A stretch of DNA of 64,000 nt from Rhodanobacter sp. (lineage in GTDB: Bacteria > Pseudomonadota > Gammaproteobacteria > Xanthomonadales > Rhodanobacteraceae), in NCBI GenBank assembly GCA_004298045.1, contig SCRM01000022.1, positions 12,267-76,266 on the forward strand, in the 5' to 3' direction. The position numbers and the translations under genes are program-made. Below the pieces are notes generated by a model. It did no database searches, had not been told where the DNA came from, and saw nothing but the letters and a program-made list of their open reading frames with translations. Positions 1-10,167 of this stretch are shown piece after piece. Each line of letters begins with the position of its first letter. Position 1 is the stretch's first letter.

Positions 1-1781
1 ACGGCAAAGTCGAGCACACCAAGCAATGCGTCGCCGCAGTGCAGGTGATGGTCGAGAAAGCCAAGCGGGCGGTCGGGCGTCATCGCCTCCAGCCACAACG
101 CGGTGCGCGCCAGCTCCAGCGCCATGGGGTTCACGTCCACGCCGTAGACGCAATGGGTGATGACGTCGCGCAGCGCATGGCGGTACTCCATGCCCGATGG
201 CGTGCCATCGCTGCGCACACGGGCAAGATGGCCAGCGAGGCGGCGCGCTGCGGCCAACAGAAAATGCCCGCTGCCGCAGGCCGGGTCGCACACGGTGATG
301 GCGAGCAGCGCGGCCTGCGCATCGCTGGCGCCGGCGACGCGCGCGGCGATGACCGGCTCCAGCGCGGAATCCAAAAGTTGTTGCACCAAAGCTTCGGGCG
401 TGTAGTAGCTGCCGGATTGCTTGCGCTCGTTGCCGGCGCTGGCGGCAGCATCGGCAAAGCCGAAGCGGCGGCCGTGCTCGGCGATGACGGGCACGAGTTC
501 CAGCAGGCTTTCGTAGATGCTGCCCAGCTCCTCCGGGCCCATGTCGCGCCAGTTGATGCGCACCAGCGCGCTATTGGCACGCAGCCAGCCCAGATGGAAC
601 ACGGCTTCAAGCAGGGCGGCGTTGGGCAGCTCGGCAGCATCGAGGTCGGGGCACTGGTCGGCGGCAAACAGGCCGCCGAGCGCGGGCAGCGCCAATAGCG
701 TCTGGCCTTCGGCCAAGCCGCGCCACACCGGGGCAAGGCCCTGCCACAGATCGCGGTGGCGATCCCAGGCGCGACGGCGACGGGCGCGATCGCGCAGGCG
801 CTGCAGGCCGTAGCCCTCGCGGTAGGTGCGCACCGCCGCAGGGTCGGCGCCCTCGGGGTGCAGCAGGCCGCGCTCTTCGATGGTGAGCAGGAACAGGCAG
901 CGGTAGACCAGACGCAGCAGTTGGCGGAAGTAGGCGTCTTTGCCCAGTTCGCCGGTAGTGAGGCGCGCGCGCAGTGCTTCGTTGCCGGGCGCGGAAAGAA
1001 AGCCCTGCCCCAGTGCCTTGAGCGCAGCGGTGACGCCTTGGCGCAAATCGTTGCGCGCGCGGATGCCCTCTTCGCGGCTGGCGTCGCGCCAGGCTTCGAG
1101 CGCGCATTGCGCGGGCGGGTTGCTGGCGGTGCCGAAGCGGCTGGCGTGGATCAAAAGCCACAGCGCGGAGAAATCGGCAAAGCGATCCTCGGCAAAGATG
1201 CGTTCCAGATCGGCCTCGATCCACGCCGGGCGGGTGAGGCTGGCGTTGTCGCGCGCCAGGCGCAGCGTGTTGCCGTTGCTGCACAAGCCCCAGAGCGCGG
1301 CGTCCTCCACGTTCAAGTAATCCTGCAGCAGACCGAACGGGGTCTTTTGGCGGTGACCGTCGCCAAAGCGGAGATCGCGCTGATCGAGTCCGTGCCCTGC
1401 CGGGGCGATGACGATGGGCAGGCGGCCGCCCAGTGCCAGCGCGGTAATGGGATAAACGTTGTCGCCGATAAGGCGCGGCTCGACCGGCACAAGGTCGTCG
1501 GCGCCAAACACGACGCGCCATAGCTTGGTAATGAGGTTGCGCGAGGCTTCGGCGGGATGCGCCTCGCGCGCGGCGAGGTAGTCGGCCCACTCGGCCTTGG
1601 CCATGTGCCAGTAGCGGCCCAGCTCGTCGCGCAGCTTGAGGCCCTTGGGCACGGCGTAGTCGGCGGGAGCCTGCTGGGGTGCACCGAGTTTGGCCACCTT
1701 GGCCAGCCATTCGGCCGGCAGCAGCGCGCCTTCAATGGTGATGGCGTCAAAGGCGAGCACGGGGTTGCGGTTGTGCGCCAT
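1..1781 (-). CDS. N6-adenine DNA methyltransferase, Eco57I/type IIG-like (DrmMI-like); N-terminal part only, ORF runs off the window's left edge
   Basis: ATG at 1781 overlaps the SNF2 stop (TGATG). Spot manual translation gives MAHNRNPVLAFDAITIEGALLPAEWL..., then DMGPEELGSIYESLL, GNERK..GSYYTP, the SAM-binding motif I CDPACGSGHFL and GVDVNPMA. Not in the ORF track, presumably because there is no stop in the window. Confidence 0.9.
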   Translation of the reverse strand, partial: MAHNRNPVLAFDAITIEGALLPAEWLAKVAKLGAPQQAPADYAVPKGLKLRDELGRYWHMAKAEWADYLAAREAHPAEASRNLITKLWRVVFGADDLVPVEPRLIGDNVYPITALALGGRLPIVIAPAGHGLDQRDLRFGDGHRQKTPFGLLQDYLNVEDAALWGLCSNGNTLRLARDNASLTRPAWIEADLERIFAEDRFADFSALWLLIHASRFGTASNPPAQCALEAWRDASREEGIRARNDLRQGVTAALKALGQGFLSAPGNEALRARLTTGELGKDAYFRQLLRLVYRCLFLLTIEERGLLHPEGADPAAVRTYREGYGLQRLRDRARRRRAWDRHRDLWQGLAPVWRGLAEGQTLLALPALGGLFAADQCPDLDAAELPNAALLEAVFHLGWLRANSALVRINWRDMGPEELGSIYESLLELVPVIAEHGRRFGFADAAASAGNERKQSGSYYTPEALVQQLLDSALEPVIAARVAGASDAQAALLAITVCDPACGSGHFLLAAARRLAGHLARVRSDGTPSGMEYRHALRDVITHCVYGVDVNPMALELARTALWLEAMTPDRPLGFLDHHLHCGDALLGVLDFA

Positions 1782-4564
1782 CAGGCCACCTCCGGCAGCA
1801 ACACAAACGCGGCGACCACATCCACCGGCTGCAACGCGCGCACCTCATAGCGGCCGCGCGCATCGGCGGCCGCGCGCACGCGGCGGTGGTCGGCAAGCAA
1901 CCGGTTTGCCTGCTCCGTTGCCAATTGCGCAAAGCCGTCGGCGCGATCGGCCAGTGCGGCCAGCAGGTTGGCCATTTCGCGCTGGCGCACGGCGTCGGGC
2001 AGGTTGCCGGCGGCCGGGGCTTGCAGCAAGGCCAGCCAGTCGTCGCCCGGCACCACGGCGTTGGCGTCGCGGCCGCACCAAAGCACGGGTACGGCTTGTT
2101 CCACCAGCAGCACGCTGTCGCGCCCGCCGCGATGGGCGCTGATCTGGTGGCGCAGGCGCAGCAGCACCACGCTGGTGAGTTGAGTGACCGCCGGGCTGCG
2201 CCACACGCCGATGCGGCCAAGCGTGGCCAGCTCGCGGCCGTCGCCAACCTCGCCGGTAAGTGCACGCTCCAGAAGCTCATCGGCAAGGGTGGAAACAAGT
2301 GGATGGCTGCGGTGCACGAAGCGCGCGCCGCGCGGCACGGGCTGGCTGAAGCCGGCGGTGAAGTCGGCGTCGACGCCCTCGCCTTCCAGCCGCTCGCGCA
2401 AGCTGGCGGGCAAGGCGGTTACCGGCAGGCGCATGGCGTCGCCAGTGCGCGGCGCAGGCGCAGCGCCCAGACGCGCCATGGCGCGCTCCACAAAGCGCGC
2501 CACATCGGCGCCGTTGCCAAGCACCGCCTGCATGGCTTGCCATTCGGGCAGGACGTCGTCGGGCTTCAGGCGACGCTGGGCAAAGATGGTGCGGTTTTTC
2601 TTGGCTTTTTCGGCGGCATCCACCCAGCACACATCGAGCGCTTGCGCTTCGGGCAAGGTATCGAAATCGAGCGCGTACTGGCGGCTTTCGCCGCGCAGCA
2701 TCACTGCCTGCATCAGCGCCTTGGTGAGCGCGTGGTCGTCGTCGGGGATCGGCACCGGCACGCCCAGCTCTTTGCGGATGCGTTCGGCCTTGCGCAGTAT
2801 CACTTCCAGCACCGCGCCATCGACCGGGTTGTTGGCGCCGTACATGAGCGTGGCGCGGGTAACGGGCGAGCTTTGGCCGAAGCGATCCACGCGGCCTTCG
2901 CGCTGCTCGTGGCGGGTGGGGTTCCACGACAGGTCGTAATGCACCACGGCGTCGAAACCATCCTGCAGGTTGACGCCTTCGGAGAGGCAATCGGTGGCGA
3001 CCAGCAGACGGCGCCCGGCCTGTGCGGCTTCCGCCACCCGGCGTTCGCGCTCCTCGGCGGGGTATTCGCCGGTGACGCAGGCCACGCTGACGCCGGGATA
3101 GCGGCCTTCGAGCTGCGCCGCGAGGTAGTGCGCGGTGGCGATGAAGCGACAGAACACGATGGGGTTGAAGCCATCGGCAATCAGCGCCGAAAGGTGGCCT
3201 TCCAGCATGCGCAGCTTGGGGTCGCCGTTGGCGCCGGCCAGGTGCTCGGCCTGGTGCAACAGGGCTTGCAGCGCCGGGTCGCCGGAATCGGCGGCGGGCG
3301 CCACGTCGTCGGTGGCAAGCTCATCCTCGCTGCCATCGAAAAGGTTGGTCTCGACCGTTTCGGCCTCGCTTTCGGTGGTATGGGCGAGGCGCGTGCGCAG
3401 CGCCTGCACCGCTGCCGCCGGGCTGCTGGCCACACAACGCATGAGCGCCAGCGTGCCCCAGAAATTGAGCCGCTGGTGCAATGCATCGCCGCCACGCGCG
3501 GTGACCTCGCGGCAGTACTCAAGCACGTTGCGGAAAAACACCTCCCACGGGCCATCCAGCGTGTAGGTGAGCTCGCTGGTTTCGCGGCGCGGAAAGATGC
3601 GGTTGTCGTGCCACTCGTCAATGTCGATGCGCCGGCGCTGCACGAAGTGCGCGGCCAGCGCCTCGCGCAATGCGTCCTTGCGCGCGCCCTGCGCCGTGGC
3701 GAGCTCGGCAAATTCGGGCTTGAGCAACGCAAGCAGGCTCAAGAAGCTGTCCTGGTCGCCGCTGTGCGGGGTGGCCGTGAGCAACAGCAGGTGGCGTTCG
3801 GCACCGGCGGCAACATCGCGCAGCAAGGCGAAACGCTGCTGGCGCTCGCGCCCGGCGCTGACGCAGGTGTGGGCCTCGTCGACCACGACCAGCTCGGGGC
3901 AAGCGCGCAGAAAGTCGCTGCGGTGGCGCTCGGATTTGATGTAGTCGAGGCTGACCACGGTGAAGGGGAACGCCTCGAACAGCGACTCGCCCTGCGGCAA
4001 CCCACGCTCCAGCCGCGCCACGCTGCTGGCGGTAACGGCTTCGGCATGCAGGTGGAAGCGCGCAGCCAGCTCGGTGATCCACTGTTCGACCAGATGCGGC
4101 GGACACAGCACGGCAAAGCGGCTGATTTCGCCGCGGTCGTACAGCTCGCGCACGATGAGCGCGGCTTCGATGGTCTTGCCGATGCCGACGTCGTCGGCCA
4201 GCAGCAGACGCACCGGGTCTTGGCGCAGCGCCATCAAAAGCGGCACAAGCTGGTAGGTGCGCGGCTCCACGGCAATGTTGCCGAAGCTGCGAAACGGGCC
4301 GGCGCCGCGACGCAAGGCCATGCGCAGCGCGTCGGTCAGCAGCAGCGCATCGTGCTGGCTACCCTCGTGCGCGGGGTCGAGCGGCGGAAATTGCGTGGAG
4401 GCGATATTCGGCTCCAGGCCGGTGTGGATCAGACAGGTGTCCTCGTCGCTGCCGGCGAGCGGGCGCAGCCTGAGCAGCGGCGCGACGCTGCCGGGGGCAA
4501 CGATCCAGTCGCGGCCGCGCGCGTGCAGCAAGGTGCCGGGCGGGTATTCAGGCAAGGCATTCAT
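1781..4564 (-). CDS. SNF2-family helicase (DrmD-like), 927 aa
   Basis: Motifs LLADDVGIGKT, VVVDEAH, LLLTATPH, ATDCLSEGVNLQ, YDLSWNPTRHEQREGRVDR; N-terminal PGTLLHARGRDWIV segment typical of restriction-associated SNF2 proteins. Confidence 0.9.
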   Translation of the reverse strand: MNALPEYPPGTLLHARGRDWIVAPGSVAPLLRLRPLAGSDEDTCLIHTGLEPNIASTQFPPLDPAHEGSQHDALLLTDALRMALRRGAGPFRSFGNIAVEPRTYQLVPLLMALRQDPVRLLLADDVGIGKTIEAALIVRELYDRGEISRFAVLCPPHLVEQWITELAARFHLHAEAVTASSVARLERGLPQGESLFEAFPFTVVSLDYIKSERHRSDFLRACPELVVVDEAHTCVSAGRERQQRFALLRDVAAGAERHLLLLTATPHSGDQDSFLSLLALLKPEFAELATAQGARKDALREALAAHFVQRRRIDIDEWHDNRIFPRRETSELTYTLDGPWEVFFRNVLEYCREVTARGGDALHQRLNFWGTLALMRCVASSPAAAVQALRTRLAHTTESEAETVETNLFDGSEDELATDDVAPAADSGDPALQALLHQAEHLAGANGDPKLRMLEGHLSALIADGFNPIVFCRFIATAHYLAAQLEGRYPGVSVACVTGEYPAEERERRVAEAAQAGRRLLVATDCLSEGVNLQDGFDAVVHYDLSWNPTRHEQREGRVDRFGQSSPVTRATLMYGANNPVDGAVLEVILRKAERIRKELGVPVPIPDDDHALTKALMQAVMLRGESRQYALDFDTLPEAQALDVCWVDAAEKAKKNRTIFAQRRLKPDDVLPEWQAMQAVLGNGADVARFVERAMARLGAAPAPRTGDAMRLPVTALPASLRERLEGEGVDADFTAGFSQPVPRGARFVHRSHPLVSTLADELLERALTGEVGDGRELATLGRIGVWRSPAVTQLTSVVLLRLRHQISAHRGGRDSVLLVEQAVPVLWCGRDANAVVPGDDWLALLQAPAAGNLPDAVRQREMANLLAALADRADGFAQLATEQANRLLADHRRVRAAADARGRYEVRALQPVDVVAAFVLLPEVA

Positions 4565-4568
4565 CAGG

Positions 4569-7500
4569 TCAACTCAAAAGCTTGGCGAGGCGCGCAAACA
4601 AGACCGTCCACGCGGCAGCGTCCTCGGGAAAACGCACAAAGGTGTAGCCACGATCTTCCCATGCGTTTTGCAGCGTGCGCGGGGTGTCGGGCAAGGCGGC
4701 CGCCACGTAAAGCGCCGGCCAATGCGCGAATGGCGAGGCTTCCGTGGTAACGGCGAATGGTGGCAAGGGTGGCTCGATGCCGGCCGCGGCCGCCTGCCAG
4801 CGGACCAGCCAGCCTGCGGGTTGCGCCGGCGCTGCGGGCACGGCGGCCGGCGCCTCGGCGACCAACGCAGTGCGCGTGGTGGCCAGCCGCCACAACACTT
4901 GCAGCGCGGCCTGGTTGCGACGGTCGATGAGTTCGTGGTCGGGCTGGTTGTAGTAGGACAGCAGGCAGCGGTAGCAGCCGGCGACGCAGTGGGTATCGGG
5001 CTGGTCGTGATGCGACTCGATGGCCGGCCAGTCGGCATCCGGATCGAGCGGCACCTCGTAGTGCATCACGTCCAGCGCGGCGCGGGCGACGCGCGCCAAG
5101 GCATCGGGATCGGTGACCAGGCGCGTGAGCACGCCGGCGCCGCCTTCGGTGGCTTCGTAGAACAACACCCCGGTGCGTTGGCGCGGACTGGGCAGGGACT
5201 CGGCCAGCAGCTCGGCCTCCTCCAGCTGATAGCAGGCCTCGATGCCGCGCTTGAGCGCGTGTTGCAGGGTAACCAGCGCCACCTCGTCCAGCGCAGACGC
5301 CGGCTGCAACAGCAAGGCGTTCTTGTGATCCATCACGTAGGGCACGATGCGTTGCGGGGTGGTCTGGTCGCCGTCGTCGCTGCCGGCATCGTCGTCAGCG
5401 GTTTCCTTCGCCCACCAGCCGGTGCGCGGGTTGATGAGAAAACCGAATTGCTTGAGGTTGCGCCGGCGGCGCAACCCCTTGTTGATGCGCGTGATGGTGG
5501 CGCCGGGGCCGTAGCGCAACTGCAGGATGTCGCCCTGCGCATCGCCGGCCTGCACCGTGCGCGCATCGACGTGGCCATCGCGCGTGCCCCACTGGAACGT
5601 GGTCTGCAGCTCGAAGGCCTGGCGCTGACGATCCTCGTCGTTGGCGGTGATGCGCACCGTGGGTTCGGTGTCGACGTTCTCGATACGGTACAGGCCGTTC
5701 ACCAGCTCGGCATCCGCCAGCGAGCGACCGCAGGCATGGCAATCGTTCCAACTGGCTTCAAAGTGCGCGGCGCCGCAGCCTTGGCAAATACGCACACCCT
5801 GCACCGCCAGCGTGGTGCCCGGCTGCGCCGAATCGGCGCCACTGAGCGCAATGCGCGCCCGCACCACGCGGTAGGCGCGGCCCTCGTGATACACGAGGCT
5901 GCGCGGGCCAAACTCCGAGAGCGCGAGAAAGCGCGGCCGCTGCAGAAAGGTGCTGCGGCCGCGCCTGCCGCTGCTGCCCGGCACATAGGCCATGAGCGGC
6001 AAGCGCGGGAAGTTGTAGCCGGGCAGAAAGCCTTCGGTGGCGAGATAGCGGTAGGTATAGAAGTCGCTGGCGAAGGACTCGCGACCGTGGAGCAGCAGGT
6101 CGATCTGGTTGTCCGCCTGCTGCTGCCGGCGCTGGGCATCCTTGCGCTGCCTGCCATCGGTAATGCTGTAGTCGCGCAGCGTTTCGGCTGCCAGCGTTTT
6201 TTGCCTCTGCGCCGAGGTGAACAGATCGCGCCAGCGGTCGAAGGCATGCGCGAAACGATCCGCCGCCGCGGCGCAGATCGTGGCTGCCAGTGCGTCGATG
6301 CCGGGAAACCACGGTGCAGCCTCGGCCGTCAGATACGGCAGCACCTGCTGCAGCACGCGCTGCATGTGGGTCTGCGCTTCGGCGGTGACGGCGGGTTGGC
6401 TCAATGCCTGCTGCAGGTTGGCGCGCAGCGGAATGCCTGGGTGCGCAGGGTCGACGATGTTGGCGATGGAACTGTCCAGCGCCTGCCCGCTTGCAGCCAG
6501 CCAGATGGCCTGCAGGTGGCTCTCGATCAGGGACTGGTTGGCAAGATCGAGCAGCGGCGGATTGACCACGCCATGCACCATGGCGGTGGGCTCGCGGAAA
6601 AAGTACTGGTCGTGCGGACTGCGCGCGGCGCAATAGGTGACCACCAGCGCCGGCTGGCCGCCGCGGCCGGCACGACCGGCGCGCTGCACGTAGTTGGCCG
6701 GCGTGGGCGGCACGTTGCGCAGGTAGACGACGTTGAGCTCGGCAATGTCGACGCCCAGCTCCATGGTGGGCGAGCAGAACATGAGCGGCAGGAAGCGGGT
6801 GGACTCGCCGGCCGCGAGGGCCTTGGCGCCGATGCTTTCGGGAGCACCCTCCAGCAAATCGTGCCGCTCATCCGGGCCGTAACGGAAACGACCTTCGCGC
6901 ACGGCGCGCAGGTCGGCATCCACCTGCGCGGTGTGCTCGCGGGCCTCTAGCACCAGCAGCGAGCGATTGCGGTCGGCGAGCAGGCCGCCGAGCATGCGGT
7001 ACTGCTGCGCGAAGAAATCGTTGTGGCGTTTGCCTTGCCCATCGCCTACGGCAAACCGCACACGCCCGACGTTGAGCCGGTAACCGGGCACGTTGAAGCC
7101 GGTGCTCTCGTCGCGGCGCACGAAACCGCCTTGTTGCGCGGCGTGGATCATGGCTTCAAGCAGATGCTGATAGTCGGCTTGCTTGAGGTTGGTGGCCGCC
7201 GGTGACCGCCACAAGTCCGTATCGCGCAGGGTTTTGCCAAGCCGCGATTGCGAGCCGCCACGCAGCAGCAATTCCTCATCCGCCGCGGTCAGGCTGCGCC
7301 GTGCTGGCGCCACGAGGTAAAGCCAGCGCCAACCGTAGGGTTGCTCTTCCCGGGCGAAGCCCCAAGGGTCGCGCAGTAGGCGACGGGCATCCTGGCGGTG
7401 CTGTTCGAGCATCTGCGGATCGAGCACGGCGGCATCGACCGCCAGCCCCTGCCGCATATAGTCGAACAAGGCGCGGAACACCGCCGCACGAACTTCGGGC

Positions 7501-9830
7501 ACGGTCGAGCGCAGCAAGTCGGGGCTCGCACGAAAGCGCGACTCGTCGGCGCAGAACTCGTCGAGGCCAACGTAATCGACCCGCAGCAAACCCAGCTCTT
7601 CCAAGTTGGGATTGGTGTAGCGCCAGCCGCGCCGCTGGTCGAACCAGGCGCGATAGGCCAGCACGAAACGCAGCACGGATTCGGCCTGAGCCAGATCGCG
7701 CCCGGTGGCCGATGGATCCTGCATCCATTCGGCGCGATGGCTGTCGGCAGGGTCTCCGCCTTGCGGTATGCCGCGGTCGAAACCGAGCGCCGCGCAGATC
7801 GCGTTGCCGAACTGGCTGTCAGCCAAGCCGCCGCCGGCCTGTTCGAGCGCGCGGTACACCGCGCCGCGCAGCAGGCTGACAAAGGTGTAGTCGTTGAAAT
7901 GCCCCGCTTGCAGCGCAGCGTCCTGGCGGTTGTCGGTGAAGCCGAGCAACTTGCGCTTGTAGGGATCGACCCCGGCCGTCTTGCCATGCAACCAGCGCAA
8001 GGCACTGGTTGCCAACTGCGTCGTGGCCGAGCTGCGGCCTTCGCCGGACAGCGACGCGAGGCGGTTAATGTCCTTGCCCTGTGCACCATGCACCGTGCGG
8101 CAACGCAGGCAGTAGCGGAACTTGCCAGGGGAAAACCACACGCCCTGCCCCGAGCCGACGCGACCATCCGGCGCAACCTGCAGTGGTTCCGCAGCACGCG
8201 CCTGATACGTCCGTTTCAGGCGCGGCCCGTCGCGCTTGGTGGTTTCGACCCAGGCCTCGGGGTAGTCCTCGATGCGACCTTCAAATTCGGACGGATCGGC
8301 CGGGTCGACCGGCATCGCAAAACCAACGCGTTCGCCATGCGCATCGTCGGCATCCTCGCTGGCATCCGGGTCGACCGCGCGCCGCATGTCGTCGATGCCG
8401 CGTGCCAACAGTTGCTGGCCGTCAGGTCCCTTGACCAGGCGAACGCTCAGGTACTCCTGCCCGCAGTCGCGGCAGAAGTAGACCGGATACAGGCGCTTGG
8501 TTTCATCCGCGGGCAGGAATTGCTGGCCTTCCAATTCGACCGGCCGCGTGCCGGGTGCATCCAGCGTGGTCAGTGCATTGCCGGCGCCGCTGATGAACTG
8601 GTGCAGACGGAATGCAAAGAACGGGAGCTCGGCGCCGCTGCCGCAACGCTCGCGTTCGGGCATGGCGGCAACCAGCAGCAACTGGCGCAATGCCGCTTCG
8701 GCATCGGCAGGATCGCATCCGGCTTCATCGGCAAGCTGCCGGCTGGCCACGGCGAGCGTTCGCGGCTTGGCCCGTTCCCACTTTGCCGCAGGCGTTGCGC
8801 GCGACAGGCCAAGGCGGGTCTCGATCCAGATGGCCAACGGGTGTGCTGTCAGCGCGGCATCGGTGATGCGTTCCAGGTTCGGCTTGGCGACGACGTCGCG
8901 CAGGCGGCCGCGCACGGATTCGGCGGTTTGCGCCGGGTCGGTTGCGCGCTCCAGCTCTTCGGTAACGATGTTGAACGACGGGATAGCCGTCGCAAACAAT
9001 GTGGAAGCCACTTCGGCCACCTTGGCGTTGCGATCTGCCTCGCTGCCGCCGGAAGCCATCGTGGCCGAAGTGCCGATGCACAACAGGTCGTTCGCGGCGA
9101 GCCGGTCGCGCACGCGACGCACCAGCATCGCCACGTCTGCCCCCTGCCGCCCGCGATAGGTGTGCAACTCGTCCAGCACCAGGAATTGCAGGTCGTGGCA
9201 GTTGTCGATGACGGCGCGATCGAGCTCGCCCTGCCGCGTCATCAACATCTCCAGCATCATGAAGTTGGTAAGCAGGATGTCCGGCGGGTTGTCCTTGATG
9301 CGCGCGCGCTCGTCCTGGCTCTCCTGCCCGGTGTAGCGCGCAAAGCTGACGCCGCTGCCGTTGCTCAAGTACTTGGTCAACTCCTCGCGCTGGCTGTTGG
9401 CCAATGCGTTCATCGGATAGATGACGATGGCGCGGGTGCGCGGGCGCGGATCGGGCGCCTTTGCGCGCAACACGGCGTCAACGATGGGGATGAAAAAGCA
9501 CAACGACTTGCCGGAGCCGGTGCCCGTGGTGACCACGAAGCTCTGGCGACGGTGAGCGAAATCGATGGCCTGTTCCTGATGGGTATAAAGGCGCAGGTCA
9601 AACGCGCTGGCGGTTGCCGGCAGCAAGGTGCCGGCCGCGGCAAGCTCTGAGGTGTGTCGGCCGGAACGGTAGCGCGGGTTGATCTGCACCAAAGGTTCGG
9701 GCCAATAGCGCTTGCTGGCATACGCCTCGTCGATGCGCTCGGCGAGGTCGTGCGCACGAATACTGGTAAACGAACGCGCAAACGCGCTGTAGTCCTCGAT
9801 CAGCTGCGTGCGCAGCGCGAATACGTCCAT
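4569..9830 (-). CDS. DEAD/DEAH-box helicase fused to DUF1998/MrfA-like Zn-binding domain (DrmA+DrmB-like), 1753 aa
   Basis: Walker A TTGTGSGKS, DELHTYRG, TSAT, SPTMELGVDI, QRAGRAGR; CxxC pairs; C-terminal LYEATEGGAGVL...CVAGCYRCLLSYYNQ. Start re-picked at MDVFALR (RBS AGGGG). Confidence 0.9.
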   Translation of the reverse strand: MDVFALRTQLIEDYSAFARSFTSIRAHDLAERIDEAYASKRYWPEPLVQINPRYRSGRHTSELAAAGTLLPATASAFDLRLYTHQEQAIDFAHRRQSFVVTTGTGSGKSLCFFIPIVDAVLRAKAPDPRPRTRAIVIYPMNALANSQREELTKYLSNGSGVSFARYTGQESQDERARIKDNPPDILLTNFMMLEMLMTRQGELDRAVIDNCHDLQFLVLDELHTYRGRQGADVAMLVRRVRDRLAANDLLCIGTSATMASGGSEADRNAKVAEVASTLFATAIPSFNIVTEELERATDPAQTAESVRGRLRDVVAKPNLERITDAALTAHPLAIWIETRLGLSRATPAAKWERAKPRTLAVASRQLADEAGCDPADAEAALRQLLLVAAMPERERCGSGAELPFFAFRLHQFISGAGNALTTLDAPGTRPVELEGQQFLPADETKRLYPVYFCRDCGQEYLSVRLVKGPDGQQLLARGIDDMRRAVDPDASEDADDAHGERVGFAMPVDPADPSEFEGRIEDYPEAWVETTKRDGPRLKRTYQARAAEPLQVAPDGRVGSGQGVWFSPGKFRYCLRCRTVHGAQGKDINRLASLSGEGRSSATTQLATSALRWLHGKTAGVDPYKRKLLGFTDNRQDAALQAGHFNDYTFVSLLRGAVYRALEQAGGGLADSQFGNAICAALGFDRGIPQGGDPADSHRAEWMQDPSATGRDLAQAESVLRFVLAYRAWFDQRRGWRYTNPNLEELGLLRVDYVGLDEFCADESRFRASPDLLRSTVPEVRAAVFRALFDYMRQGLAVDAAVLDPQMLEQHRQDARRLLRDPWGFAREEQPYGWRWLYLVAPARRSLTAADEELLLRGGSQSRLGKTLRDTDLWRSPAATNLKQADYQHLLEAMIHAAQQGGFVRRDESTGFNVPGYRLNVGRVRFAVGDGQGKRHNDFFAQQYRMLGGLLADRNRSLLVLEAREHTAQVDADLRAVREGRFRYGPDERHDLLEGAPESIGAKALAAGESTRFLPLMFCSPTMELGVDIAELNVVYLRNVPPTPANYVQRAGRAGRGGQPALVVTYCAARSPHDQYFFREPTAMVHGVVNPPLLDLANQSLIESHLQAIWLAASGQALDSSIANIVDPAHPGIPLRANLQQALSQPAVTAEAQTHMQRVLQQVLPYLTAEAAPWFPGIDALAATICAAAADRFAHAFDRWRDLFTSAQRQKTLAAETLRDYSITDGRQRKDAQRRQQQADNQIDLLLHGRESFASDFYTYRYLATEGFLPGYNFPRLPLMAYVPGSSGRRGRSTFLQRPRFLALSEFGPRSLVYHEGRAYRVVRARIALSGADSAQPGTTLAVQGVRICQGCGAAHFEASWNDCHACGRSLADAELVNGLYRIENVDTEPTVRITANDEDRQRQAFELQTTFQWGTRDGHVDARTVQAGDAQGDILQLRYGPGATITRINKGLRRRRNLKQFGFLINPRTGWWAKETADDDAGSDDGDQTTPQRIVPYVMDHKNALLLQPASALDEVALVTLQHALKRGIEACYQLEEAELLAESLPSPRQRTGVLFYEATEGGAGVLTRLVTDPDALARVARAALDVMHYEVPLDPDADWPAIESHHDQPDTHCVAGCYRCLLSYYNQPDHELIDRRNQAALQVLWRLATTRTALVAEAPAAVPAAPAQPAGWLVRWQAAAAGIEPPLPPFAVTTEASPFAHWPALYVAAALPDTPRTLQNAWEDRGYTFVRFPEDAAAWTVLFARLAKLLS

Positions 9831-10056
9831 GAACACCCCTGACGACGATGGCCCGGCGAATCGGCAGTCACCCCACATCGTCGGGCGACCGCGCAACCGG
9901 TGCGCTCATGCACAGCATGGCTGCGGCCGATCTCGCCGCATGATACGTGACGGAGTCCGTGGAGCTATGGAATCGAATCAGGACGCGCACGAAGGGCATG
10001 CACGCCAACGCGATGGCACAAGGGTGCCGGGGTCATTTTTCGTTTTTCGGCAATTG

Positions 10057-10091
10057 CTGTGACACCTGTTTCTGTCACAGAAGTGTCACAG
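10057..10091. repeat. Three copies of TGTCACAG (one inverted); putative integrase arm-type sites
   Basis: ctgtgaca at 10057-10064 (inverted), tgtcacag at 10073-10080 and 10084-10091. The function is inferred. Confidence 0.5.
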
Positions 10092-10155
10092 GAACCGTTC
10101 GGAGCCCCAAAACGACATCGCCACGCGTGACGCGGGTCGTCAAAATGCGCGGCGG

Positions 10156-10167
10156 ATCAAAGGTTTA
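10156..10167 (+). promoter_or_regulatory. IHF-like binding site next to the tRNA 3' end
   Basis: ATCAA-AGGT-TTA matches WATCAANNNNTTR except at the first W, and lies 4 bp from the tRNA CCA end. Confidence 0.45.
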
